Below, piece after piece: positions 50,201 to 61,405 of a stretch of DNA of 64,000 bases. Origin of the DNA: Heptranchias perlo (Eukaryota); the NCBI RefSeq assembly GCF_035084215.1, contig NC_090346.1, positions 38,626,001 through 38,690,000 of the forward strand. Direction: 5' to 3'. How positions within the stretch are numbered: position 1 is the first letter of the stretch; each line of letters opens with the position of its first letter. The notes beneath the pieces were generated by a model. It ran no database searches and was not told where the DNA came from. It saw nothing but the letters and a program-made list of their open reading frames with translations. The translations under genes were made by a program, and so were the position numbers.

Positions 50201-53200
50201 GAGACATGTTTGTCCTTCTGTTACATGAGTAGTGGTATGAAGATGTTTGAAACCCCAGGGTTTCCTAAATGTGCTATGTGGATACAGTAATCTCAGAATT
50301 ATGACTTTGAAAGTGAAATTTTGCTCATGTTATTGCTTGATTTAGAGGATATTAATCTCTTTTTCTTTTTCTTGGTCGGTCCCCCCTCTGCCTGTCAGTC
50401 TGGACCCTACACTGATGCCCCGCCAGCCCAGTCATCCTGTTTGAAAAGTTCCCCCTGCAGTGTGCAAAGTTTTCAAAGCTAAATAGCACAATTTATGTTG
50501 AAGTTCTAGAATGGAAATTGTTTCCCATCAAAGTTAGACAAAACTGACTGGATGGCGCTAATTGCATTCTTTAGCAGTATTAACAACCTTAATACTTGGG
50601 TCTCTAACTGAGTAAAAAAGATGCCCGCTATAAATAGAAGCTTTCACAGCCCTGGAGAATGTGTTATAAAAATTAATGGCCTGTGACTCTATTCTAAGAC
50701 TGGTGATTGATATTCAAAACAAAACTGAATGAGCCTTATATAGTAACAGCCAACCTACAGGGACCTGAACAGTGGTAATGAATGTGGTTTAAAATAGTAT
50801 GGAGTTGCACTTTAGCCCTTTGATAATTATGCTAGTATTCGTGCACTAATCTAAAAATAAAGCAATCTTACAAATATTTAGTTTTAACTGGATGATCCCT
50901 GTGGTGTTGCTAATGGAGTGCAAAGTTGTAATGTTCATCCCATCTGCCATTGAAAACCTCATCCATGCCTTTGCCACCTCCAAGTTCTATCAGTCCTCTG
51001 CTCTCCTCCTATGTTCTACCCTCCATAAATTTCAGCTCATCCAAAACTCTGCTGCCTGTATGCTAACCACCAAGTCCTGTTCATCCATCACCCTTGTCCT
51101 TGCTGACCTACATTGGCTTCTTATCTGCCAATGTTTCAAATTTAAAATTCTCATCCCTGTGTTTAAATACTTTGATGGCCAAGTCCCTCTCATTTCTGTA
51201 ACTTCCTTCAGCTCTCTATTCCTCTGACACCGACCTCTTGTGCTTCTACCCTTTCCTTCACCCCACCGTTGGTGGTTATGTCTTCAGTTACCTAGACTCC
51301 ATGCTATGGAATTCTCTCCCAAACCCCTTTGCCTCTTCCCCTTGCTCTCCTGCTTTTGGCCACCCTTCCTAATCTCTCTTTCTCTGGCTTGGCAACCTTC
51401 TTTTACCTTATTCTTCTGTGATGCACTATGGGACAGTTTTCTACATTGAAGTTGCTGTGCCAGTGTTAGTTGTTAGCTGCTAACCTGGCCTGTCTCTTTA
51501 AGACCACTGATTAGGTAGCCTCTATGGAAAGGTGATCTAAATAAATCTTGAGATTAATTAGAGATTGTTGTTGAAAGTTTCTCTGGATGTCTGCTGCTTG
51601 GCTTCTCTCATTATCTCACCAGCCTACTCAGGTTATTTCAAGGTCAGAAAAAGCAGCAGGAAATAACTAGCTTTCTTTTGTATACTCTAATTGTTCAGTT
51701 ATGATTTGTTGGATGTTTAATATGAATTATAACATTGGAGAGTTATGAGTGTGCTGAAAACTTTTGTTAAAGTTGATAAAAGTGACGGGGTATAGGTGGA
51801 AGATGATGGGTATCTGTAAATGAATTACAAGACAGTAACCCAGTTGAGAGGCTCAGATGATGTCACGAATTGTCAAGAAGCTCCCTATTTCTGTTTGGCA
51901 TTTGAAATCTGACATTGCATTACTGCCTTGTATTCACATGCTGATATTTGTTATTATTCAGGCTATATTTAATGAATATTTTGAACTATGGTTTTTATGT
52001 AGGTGTTTCGTGCTGCCGTTTTTGTCAGTGAAAGTAATAATTGCTTGATGTAGAAGAAGAGGATATATAAATTTTATGATGTAGAATCCGGAATACCTAT
52101 TATTGTATTACTTGACAGGACCTGATTGTATTACCAAGTTTATGGGAAAGTTAATTATTGTGTGTGTGCGCGTGTGTGTGTGTATATTCTGGGAATATTG
52201 TCCGGCTCCGTACATTCGTGTGTTATATTTATTCGGTATTACAGATATATTTTTGAGCAGCAATCTGATACCTAAAAGTATGAGAGTTTTGGAAGCAACA
52301 TAAAGAATCAGTAATTAAAAGAGCTAAAATAATAAATGTATAAAATCTTCAGAAAAAGTGACTGAAATCTGAAAAAGGATGTGATTTGTGAACTGTTAAT
52401 AGCACTTGATACATAGGATATTAAAAATGCAAATACTTAAAAACAGGGAACAAGTTGATATTACCTTCTGTTTGATTTAAGATATATATTTTGTATTATA
52501 AATTTAATCTATGTACATAAATATCTGGTTGTTTTGACTTCCGGAGGGAAAGATTGGCAGCATGAAAGGCTTGAACCGAATACTGGTCCATTAGATGGAG
52601 GCTTGTAAATAAAGCCATATTGATCTCAACTCTTAACACTGACTTAGCTCATTGCGTTCCACAGTTAAGAACATTTTACAGTTGTACTCCCTTTTCACAC
52701 AAAGGTCTATATTGGATCAGTGACTTTTGCAAGCCGCTGAACTGGTCTTCTGACCTTTAATATTGAACCTTAAAAACATTTTGGAAGTAGTCCCAGTTTG
52801 GGTAGTTGTTTCTCCTGTAAGTGATGAACTGGCATATCTGCACAGTGCATATATTCCATGGCTCCTCTAGTTCCTGGCATTTGGTTCTTGAGACACCATA
52901 CAGGAATAGGTAAGCAGTGATTCATTTGGTACCTGACTACTGTATATTCCTGCAAACTTTTAATGTTGCTATACTGTAGTACCATCTTGTTTATATAGAG
53001 AAGTATGAAATATTTAATTTTTAATGTACTTATAACCATTCCTGAATTTTCTTTTGTTGAGTTTCTATATTTTTGAATGTAACTTGTTTCTTCTTATGAT
53101 AACTTTCACAAATGTATCTATCTACATTTCATTCACCAGTGTTATGCAGTTTCAGAGGACTAGATCAGCACAGGTAGACTTAAAATAGAAGGGAAGAAAA

Positions 53201-56200
53201 AAATAAACTTTGTTCTCTTTTCTCCCTCATTTTTTTATTGTATATAGAATCTTACCTTATACTGCCAGGTACAGGAGAGTTATTTTTCTTTCTGCATAGG
53301 GTAGTGCTGTAACTGGATTCCCACCTTATCCCCTCTTCCTACAAAATAAACAAATCTGATTCTCCAAGGAAGCTAGTGCATGCATAGCAGAAAAAGAGTT
53401 ACCTTTTTTCTTAATATACTGTGCAGATATTTGATACCCCAAGCTCCTGATTTTTTTTTAAACAGCTGTTCAATTGTACGTTTTCATAACATTAATTGCA
53501 AAGTTATAAACTTTGCCTGTAGTTCTTGCACATTGTGCTACCCTGCTGTTAGAAATTAATGTTCTCAGAACAAAATTAAGAGTATTGCAGACTGATTGAA
53601 AATGATTATATTCTTGATCATGTATTTTGCATACTCATAATTTGGGGCATCATTTGATGAAGGTGGAAATTCTGTGAATCTTGGAGTCTGCAATTCTTGA
53701 TTTTTAGTGTATGTGTATTGTGCATCTGCTGTTGGTCATAATCTAGTCTATCTTTATTTTGTCTGGACAGTTTGGTGCATTATACTAGGATTTTTATGCC
53801 AGGCTTATGAATGTAATGGTGTAACGGTGGAGTGAAAATCTGAACATAGAGCCACCGAATCCAAACAGACTCATCTCTGTGTTGCTTCCATGGAAACCTA
53901 CCCAGGTGGTCTGTTGACAAAGCAATGTTACAGTTTCTGTGTGACATAGAGAGCCAGCACAATGCCTTATAATCCTGTTTCCAACTGCCTTTTGTACAAT
54001 CGACTGCCATAAATCTGACACCTTGGGTTGGTTGGCAGTAAGCTGGTAGGTAGGTATAGTATGTAGCAATACTATTATCCCAGTTAAAGGTGCGTGCTCC
54101 ACCTTGCTTTGAAACTTGTAGCACCTCGATGGATGCACTGGTGTGTACATGACACACAATGCAGTCCATGTACAAAGTGCTCCCAAGTTTCAGAGTAAGC
54201 CCATGCAGTCATCCGACGTGAATAACATGATGCTGTTTGTTGCATCTCCCTTTTACTGGCAGGTTAGGCCCAACAATGGCAAAATTATACTGCCCTCCAC
54301 TCTATCACAGACCTTCCCTTTTGTTCTCCCGCCCCCCCCCCCCCCACCCCTTTCATTGGCTCGGTACTGGCTTAAAAACTTTAACTCTTTAACATCTTCC
54401 AGTTCTGACAAAAGGTCTTCCACCTGAAACGTTAACTCTATTTCTTGCTCCACAGATGCTGCCTCACTTGCTGAGCATTTCCAGCATTTTCTGTTTTTAT
54501 TTGATTTCCAGCATCCGCAGCAAAATGTTACTGTTTGGTTTTCTACATGCACCTCCTTGTGGCAGGTTCTAGAGCAGCATTAGACACGGAACAGCATACT
54601 TGTCCACTCACTAAGGAATGGTGTGAAGTATGGGGGAACCTGAGGAGAACAGAAATTGAAAAATTCCTTATCCTATAAGGTAACCTGACAACTCTTATTT
54701 TTCTGTTCTGTACATGGTGTTGATTTTGATTTTTTTTATTTGTAGAAAGATGCAGCTAAACATTTTGATGATCCTTTTAATGATGACAGAAGAGAAGAAC
54801 AGAAAATTGAGACTCTGGCTAAGAAATTTGAAGAAAAATATGTGAGTCATGCTTATTCATTGTTTCATTAGTAAAGCTCACATCTCTTTTCAATCTATAT
54901 TAGCAAACAGATGAGGTAACCAGTTAATACAAAAGGTTATTTTGCTGCTCTTCTATTTTGTAAAATAAGTTCCATCCAGGTACTTTTACTGTAATTTTGA
55001 TAATTTGTGCTCTAAACTACCTGATGCAAAACTTTATAAAAATAATGGTTAAATCTGCAATGCTGCACAACTAGACCTGTTTGCAAATATTGGGCATGTT
55101 GCTATCTAAAAATTACATATCAAATTGGATTGGTTTCAGAATCTCTCTTCACCCCAACAGACACTTCAGTGGAAGTGGAGATTCATAATAAAGATCAAGT
55201 TCTCATCAGATTATAAGGTGCTTGCATAGGCTTCTTCCCTGCACGGACTGTATTTCATTTGAAGCAGTGGATAATGGTGAACTCAGTGATTGTGGAAAAT
55301 ACAATGGACAAAATTAAATGGATTTATACCACAATGGGGAACGAATATTTATTTTTCATTTGCGGTGGATTATTTTTGAAACTGGTATGTTTGACTTTCA
55401 AGGTCCCATGATGGACACACATGCATATTCCTTGTCAACAGCCTTTTAAACTGTCTTCCCTCCTACCAACACTATGGCAGGTGCAGTTATTTAATCTTTA
55501 CTACATCCACTTTTTGAAGATTCATGTTACTATAATAAAAAGACATATGTTTCTTCCACTTTGCAATGTGCACATCGGTCAGCCCGCCACTGCTCTGAAT
55601 TTATCAACTGCCACTTGACTGCACCAAAAGTACAGCAACTCCTTTTCTTGGAGCATGCAACAGCTGCCCATCGTGGTAAGCTCCCACAGAGTTCAGTGCC
55701 TACTGTAATAAATATTTCAAGAAAAACTCTGAAACTTGTCTTGTTTGAAATGCAAATTTGGGTCAATAACCTGTTGACAAACACTGGTTGTGGTGCACTG
55801 CAAGTGTAACAAGAATGTCAGTTAGTAGCAGAAAACACATTTACTCTTTAATCACTCTCTCAAAACAACTAACCAAAAGAGCAGTAAGTCCCAATAATTA
55901 ATTGTTATTATGAAGTTAACTGTTAGAAATTCAACTCCTCCCAAATAAAAGTGGCATAAACATAGCAGCAGCAAATTTTATTAAGGGCAGAAATCAATAT
56001 ATTTAACCATGAACTTCATCTGTTGCTGGAGGCAATTCAGTTCCAAGGTTAATTCTAAACTTGTTGGACCCTTCTGCCAGTTGTTTGTTCTCGAGTTGTT
56101 CTCATATCTTCAGATTCTTCTCTTGGAGAATGGCATGAAGTAGTGGAAAGATTCGCAGGCTGATTAACAAGCTGTGATGTGAATGCTCCTTCCATGGCCA

Positions 56201-59200
56201 TAACTATCTTATACCAACTGGTAAAACGGTTAGTCCTGTACAGCAGGAAGGTTTTATGGGCTCCCACAATGCATACATTGGGGGGAGGGGGCACCCACAC
56301 CCACAGAATGCGAGTATCCCTCAAGATGTCAACTCACAACTCAGAGTCTAAGCCCCGGTCTCCACTCACTTGGACTAGAGCGTGGTTCGAACCCTGCACC
56401 TTCTGATTCGGAGGCGGGAATGCTAACACTAAGCTAAAGGCTTGTTCTTTCTAGTGAGTGAAGAGATTGAAGTTGATGCAGCAGGACCTCATTCAGAACT
56501 TAGCTGCATGGAACTGCAGTAGAGACAGATTGAATAAATAAGTAACACCATTACAATTAATGATGTCTATTCATGTATAGTTTTTACATTTTAGGGCCCA
56601 AAGAAGCGTAGGAAGGATCGTATCCAAGATCTTATCGACATGGGTTATGGATACGATGAAACTGACCCATTTATAGATAACTCAGAAGCTGTAAGTAAAA
56701 GCAATTAACTAGTATTGTCCATAAGCAACAGTGACAACACTTCAAAAGTAATTAATTGCCTGTGAAGCGCTTTAGGACATCCTGAGGAAATGAAAGGTAC
56801 TATATAAATGCAACATCTCCCTTCTCCCCTCCCCCCCACGGCCAGGCCGCCTCCCCTCTTTTCCCCCCCCCCAGGCCGCTTCGTTCCCCCCGCCGCCCCC
56901 CCCCCCCCCTGGCTGCTTCGTTTTCCCAGGCCTCCTCGTTCCCTCCCCAGGCCGCCTTGTTTCTCCCCCCCCCCCTCACCCCCAGGCTGCCTCGTTTCTC
57001 CCCCCCTCACCCCCAGGCCGCCTCGTTCCCCCCCCCCCCCCCCCGCCGCCAGGCCACCTCGTCTCTTTTCCCCCCCCCCCCCCCCCCCAAGGCCGCCTCA
57101 TTCCCCCCCAGGCCCCCTGCCCCCCCCCCCCCACCCCGGCCCGCCTTCCCTCTCCCCCGTTTCCCCCCCCCGCCCCCCCCAAGTAGGCCTTCTCCCTCCC
57201 CCCACCCCACGCCCTCTCCCCCGCCCCCCTCCCCCCCGCCTCAGGAAACAAAACAAATGCAGTGCAATCCTCAGTGAGAATACGTAGAAGATGCTGAATT
57301 TTATACACAGAAAGCATGTCATTTTTCTCCTGCTCTAGTTAAAATAAATGCTTCCAATAATGTGTAACAGATTTTATGGTTCTTGCTACAAAATCTGAAT
57401 AGTTTTGTGATACTGCCTTGTGGTTTTTGTGCATAAGTTAGAGTGAAATATGTTGTGAAGCAATGTGCTTGGAAGAGTTTTCAGTCTTTGTATCATCAAG
57501 GTGCATTCTGTATCTGTGTGATACATTTAACAGTCTTCCCATGTAGGCAGCTAGGCATTTTCTGTGCATGGTATAGTAAATGATATTGCTTGAAATACAA
57601 AATAATTTCTCATTATTATGGAAAGAGCCTGAGACAATCCAATTCATTGAACCTAAATGAATTGAAGTTGCATGTGAAAAAAACATGATGTTGTATGATG
57701 CCAAGAATTTAGGTGAGGAAGAACTTTGGTATGTATTGATAGTGTTATGAAATTGCAGATTAGAAGGAGTAGATGGTTAAAAAAAGAATAAATGGTCTGT
57801 AAAGAAACCTTGGGTGGTGTAATCAGTTTGTCATAGTCTTGGTTGTTGGTAATTGTAGAAATATTTCCCATATTTCTATAGTTGCCACACCACAGTGGCA
57901 TGGTGATGTGATGTAATAGTTTGCACTGGCTGCTTTCCATGTTCAGTTTATTTTTTTAAAAATGCTCCCATCTGGAGGGGTAAAAAGCTTTGAATGTGAT
58001 GAACAGAATATTCAAAACCTCACTGAGAATTATTTTTATTTCTATAAGATTGGCTGTAAGACAGTAGCTTAATTATGATTTGGCTTATAAATCATAATAT
58101 AAGAATATTTAAGAACAAGGTAAAAGCCAACAAGCGTTTCCCTTTTTGAAAGATAAACCCCAACTACACCCTATCTCTCAGTCTCTTCTGTCACCAAAGT
58201 ACATCTAATTGCTTCCTCTTTGGTACGTTTCTGTGGTAATTTGTTGCACAGGTCTATGCCCTCTGTGCAGCAAAAATATAAACTCTTGATTTGTAGTCTA
58301 TTGCTACGCTCATGTAACCCAGCACCATATTTATTTGTTACTGCAACTAAGCATGTAGCTGAAGGTTTCATAAATTTATCTTTTATACTCTTATCTTGCT
58401 CTTTTTTGGTTCCTCGTTTCCATACAAATTTTACACTTCTCATTGAAATGCCCTCTTTTGGCTTGATTACCTATAAGAATCTGGTCATATTGTTCCTCAA
58501 TATTTGCTCTGGTATCATCTGCGGACATGGAGAATTTGATCTCGATATCCTTGTCAAAATCATTACAATAACAAGTTCCAAGCTCAATCTATGGAGAACG
58601 CCAACATGTAACTTCTGTCCACGCTGAAAAGTTCCCATTGATGATTAGAAATTTTTTTTTTCGCATCAATGATGCATACTCGTGAAAATGCAAATCATAT
58701 TACCACTGAAAAGCAAGTGCCTTCTGTTTTTAGGGAAAAAGTGCCATTCGATAGTCCTAGGAGAAAAACCATGAATCAGGAAAGGTTCATTTGTAGGAAA
58801 GATCGCCTTTAGAGCAGTGAGGTTGTGGGGGTCATTAACAGAGCTTGGCCCACAATCTCAGCTGAATAACACTGGTTGTTAGTGTATTAGTTATGCTTGG
58901 GTCCTGCAGTGAACTTCCTTATTGCAGAGTAAGAGATATTTGGAATAAGGTGGTAAGTTCTTGAGTGGAAAAAGCAGTAAATAAATTATAATTCCTGAGT
59001 TTGTAATGTTGACAAATACTGATCGAGTGTTGCAGATGAAAATTAATATTGAGAAAAGGCATTGCATTATAGGATACCAGTAATGGGGAGGGATGAAAAT
59101 GGTGACTTTCTTCTGGAAGTCTCAGGAGATGGCTCAAGAAACCAATCAACAGTTTCAATATGTAACATTTGTAAAGGCCCAGGACAATGCTGGAAAAAGA

Positions 59201-61364
59201 ATTAAACAAAGCCTTCAAACACATCATTCAAGCATTTGTGGTTCCCATGGCAGTGCTCTAATTTTTTGGCTAAAATAGGCAATAGGGGTGATTTTGAAGG
59301 AAGGCATACAGAAGCATGAGAATATTCAAGTAGAGAAACAGGCCTTTTGGCCCATCAAGTCTGTGCCAGTGTTTTTCTCCTCATAAGCCATCTAGTCAAA
59401 TTCCATCTCTTGCTCACCATCCATATCCTTTAATAATTCTGTTTCAAGAAACTAATTCCCTTTCAAAAGGCGTGATGGACTTTGCTTCATAATTACCAGA
59501 ATTTAAATAACTATCTGTTAAATTCAAAAAGAGCTGCTACTCATTGAACAAATCTCACAGAATGTTAATATTTCAATTGAATGGCTTGGCTCCCTTCCCA
59601 TAAGCTCCTGTTTTTCAGACAGACCAACTAATTATTTCAACAAAATGAGCTGGAGTATTCTTTTGTGAATAAAGCTGGTTTTTAATCCCTTATCTACTGG
59701 GACAGAATTAAAAAAGCCAATACTGAGCTAAGTCTTGGACAAAAATGCTTCATTTTATCACATTGCTCCAAGAAGTCAACAGGGATTGGTATCTTCTTGG
59801 CTCTGGATGCCACTCTGACAAAAGATGAGTGTTTTTCAAATTCTCTGCTAGCAGAGTACAGAGTAATGTCCACTCAGTACTAAATTTGCAAATCATTGAC
59901 TGTTTGGCATCACTATTTAGTTAAGAAAAAAACCCATCTGTTTGTAGAACTAAATGTCTGTACTCTGCTGGGCAGGAATTAAACATCAGATTTTTTTTTA
60001 CTAGGAAGGAACTTTTTTTTATTATTTTACTGTAATAACTAAAAGGGGAACATATTTTATATTTTTTTTAAAACTCCAATCCTGCCACAAATGCTATAAC
60101 AATTCCTGATTAAAAGTGCTTGTGTATCTTCTGACAATAGTTTTGGCATTACATATGTATTATAAAATATATATCCTTCTACCTTGCTACAAAACACATT
60201 TCCCTATATCATTGACTCTCTTTTCACCTGATCACAATACAAGGGAAGGGTTTCCATCACAGTGCATATACCACCATCTGCAGTCACAAAATGACAACAG
60301 TTGGCAAAGGGAGATATGAAAAAAGTTAAAGGAGCAGAAACAAACAGCAAAACTCTGCAGCAAAGTAGAAGTTGCAAATTGGTAAGACAGCCAACCAAAA
60401 ATGTCACAGTCTTATATATATTATATAACAGTTGGCTGGGAGTATGTTGCTGGCTGCAGAACAATCTCTGCATTTTAACATTTCCATGAGCTTTAGTTTC
60501 ATTGTCATGGTGTGTGATTTCATCAGAGATTCTCAGTAGTACTGCAGTTACTGCATACACACTATATGCAGTGTAATGTTTTTGTAATCAGCCTGGTCAA
60601 TCAGTCATAAAATAAGTCATGTCTTTTCCCAGGGAACAGATCATTTCAATAGTGCATCCTGTCAGTTCATGATCCCACCTAATGCCTTCCTTCCTTTGTG
60701 GTGTTGTAGTACGATGAACTTGTTCCAGCCTCCTTGACCACTAAGCTGGGTGGCTTTTACATCAATAGTGGAACATTGCAATTCCGTCAAGCATCTGAAT
60801 CAGATGGGGATGAAGACTTTGTAAAGGACAAGAAAAAGATGAAGTCTCCAAAGGTGAGAAAAAACTAAATTGCTAAATGCTGTATCTTCTACAGTAGTTT
60901 GGTTGTGATACTTCAGCACCTTTTGGATTTCTTACTAGGTCCAATTTGACATTTGTCAAGAGAAAAACTGCCAGATTTTCAAACAGAATTTTATTTGATC
61001 AATATTGGCTTATGATCGTCGAATCATATAAATTACTGCACCGAAAAAGGATGTTTGGCCCACCACGTCTACGTTATCTCTTCAGCTGGTGCCATTTACT
61101 CTAAACACATTTCTCTGGCCTCTCCCCATATCCTTTGATATTCTTCCTTTTTAAAAGCAATTGTTTAAGTATTTCAATAAATAGAACTATAGAAGTTTAC
61201 AACACAGAAGGAGGTCATTGTGCCCATTATGTCTGTTATCCTCTTTGCTGGAGCAATTCAAAAATAATCCGAGTGTCCACAATCTTCTCAGGGCCCCTTA
61301 TGTTTTCTGTTTCAAATATTTAAGAGCATATTTAATATATATTAAGAGTCAGCCTTGGCTCAGT

Positions 61365-61405
<41 letters not shown>

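Noticed and set aside
50379-50482. Strong polypyrimidine acceptor followed by a short open frame in UBN1 intron 1
   Set aside because: No convincing donor before the stop and no similarity to ubinucleins
55975-56240. Possible antisense terminal exon (acceptor, open frame, AATAAA on -)
   Set aside because: No recognisable protein and no partner exons identified
56705-57322. Gly/Pro-rich ORFs (extensin- or formin-like)
   Set aside because: Translations of the C-rich low-complexity tract
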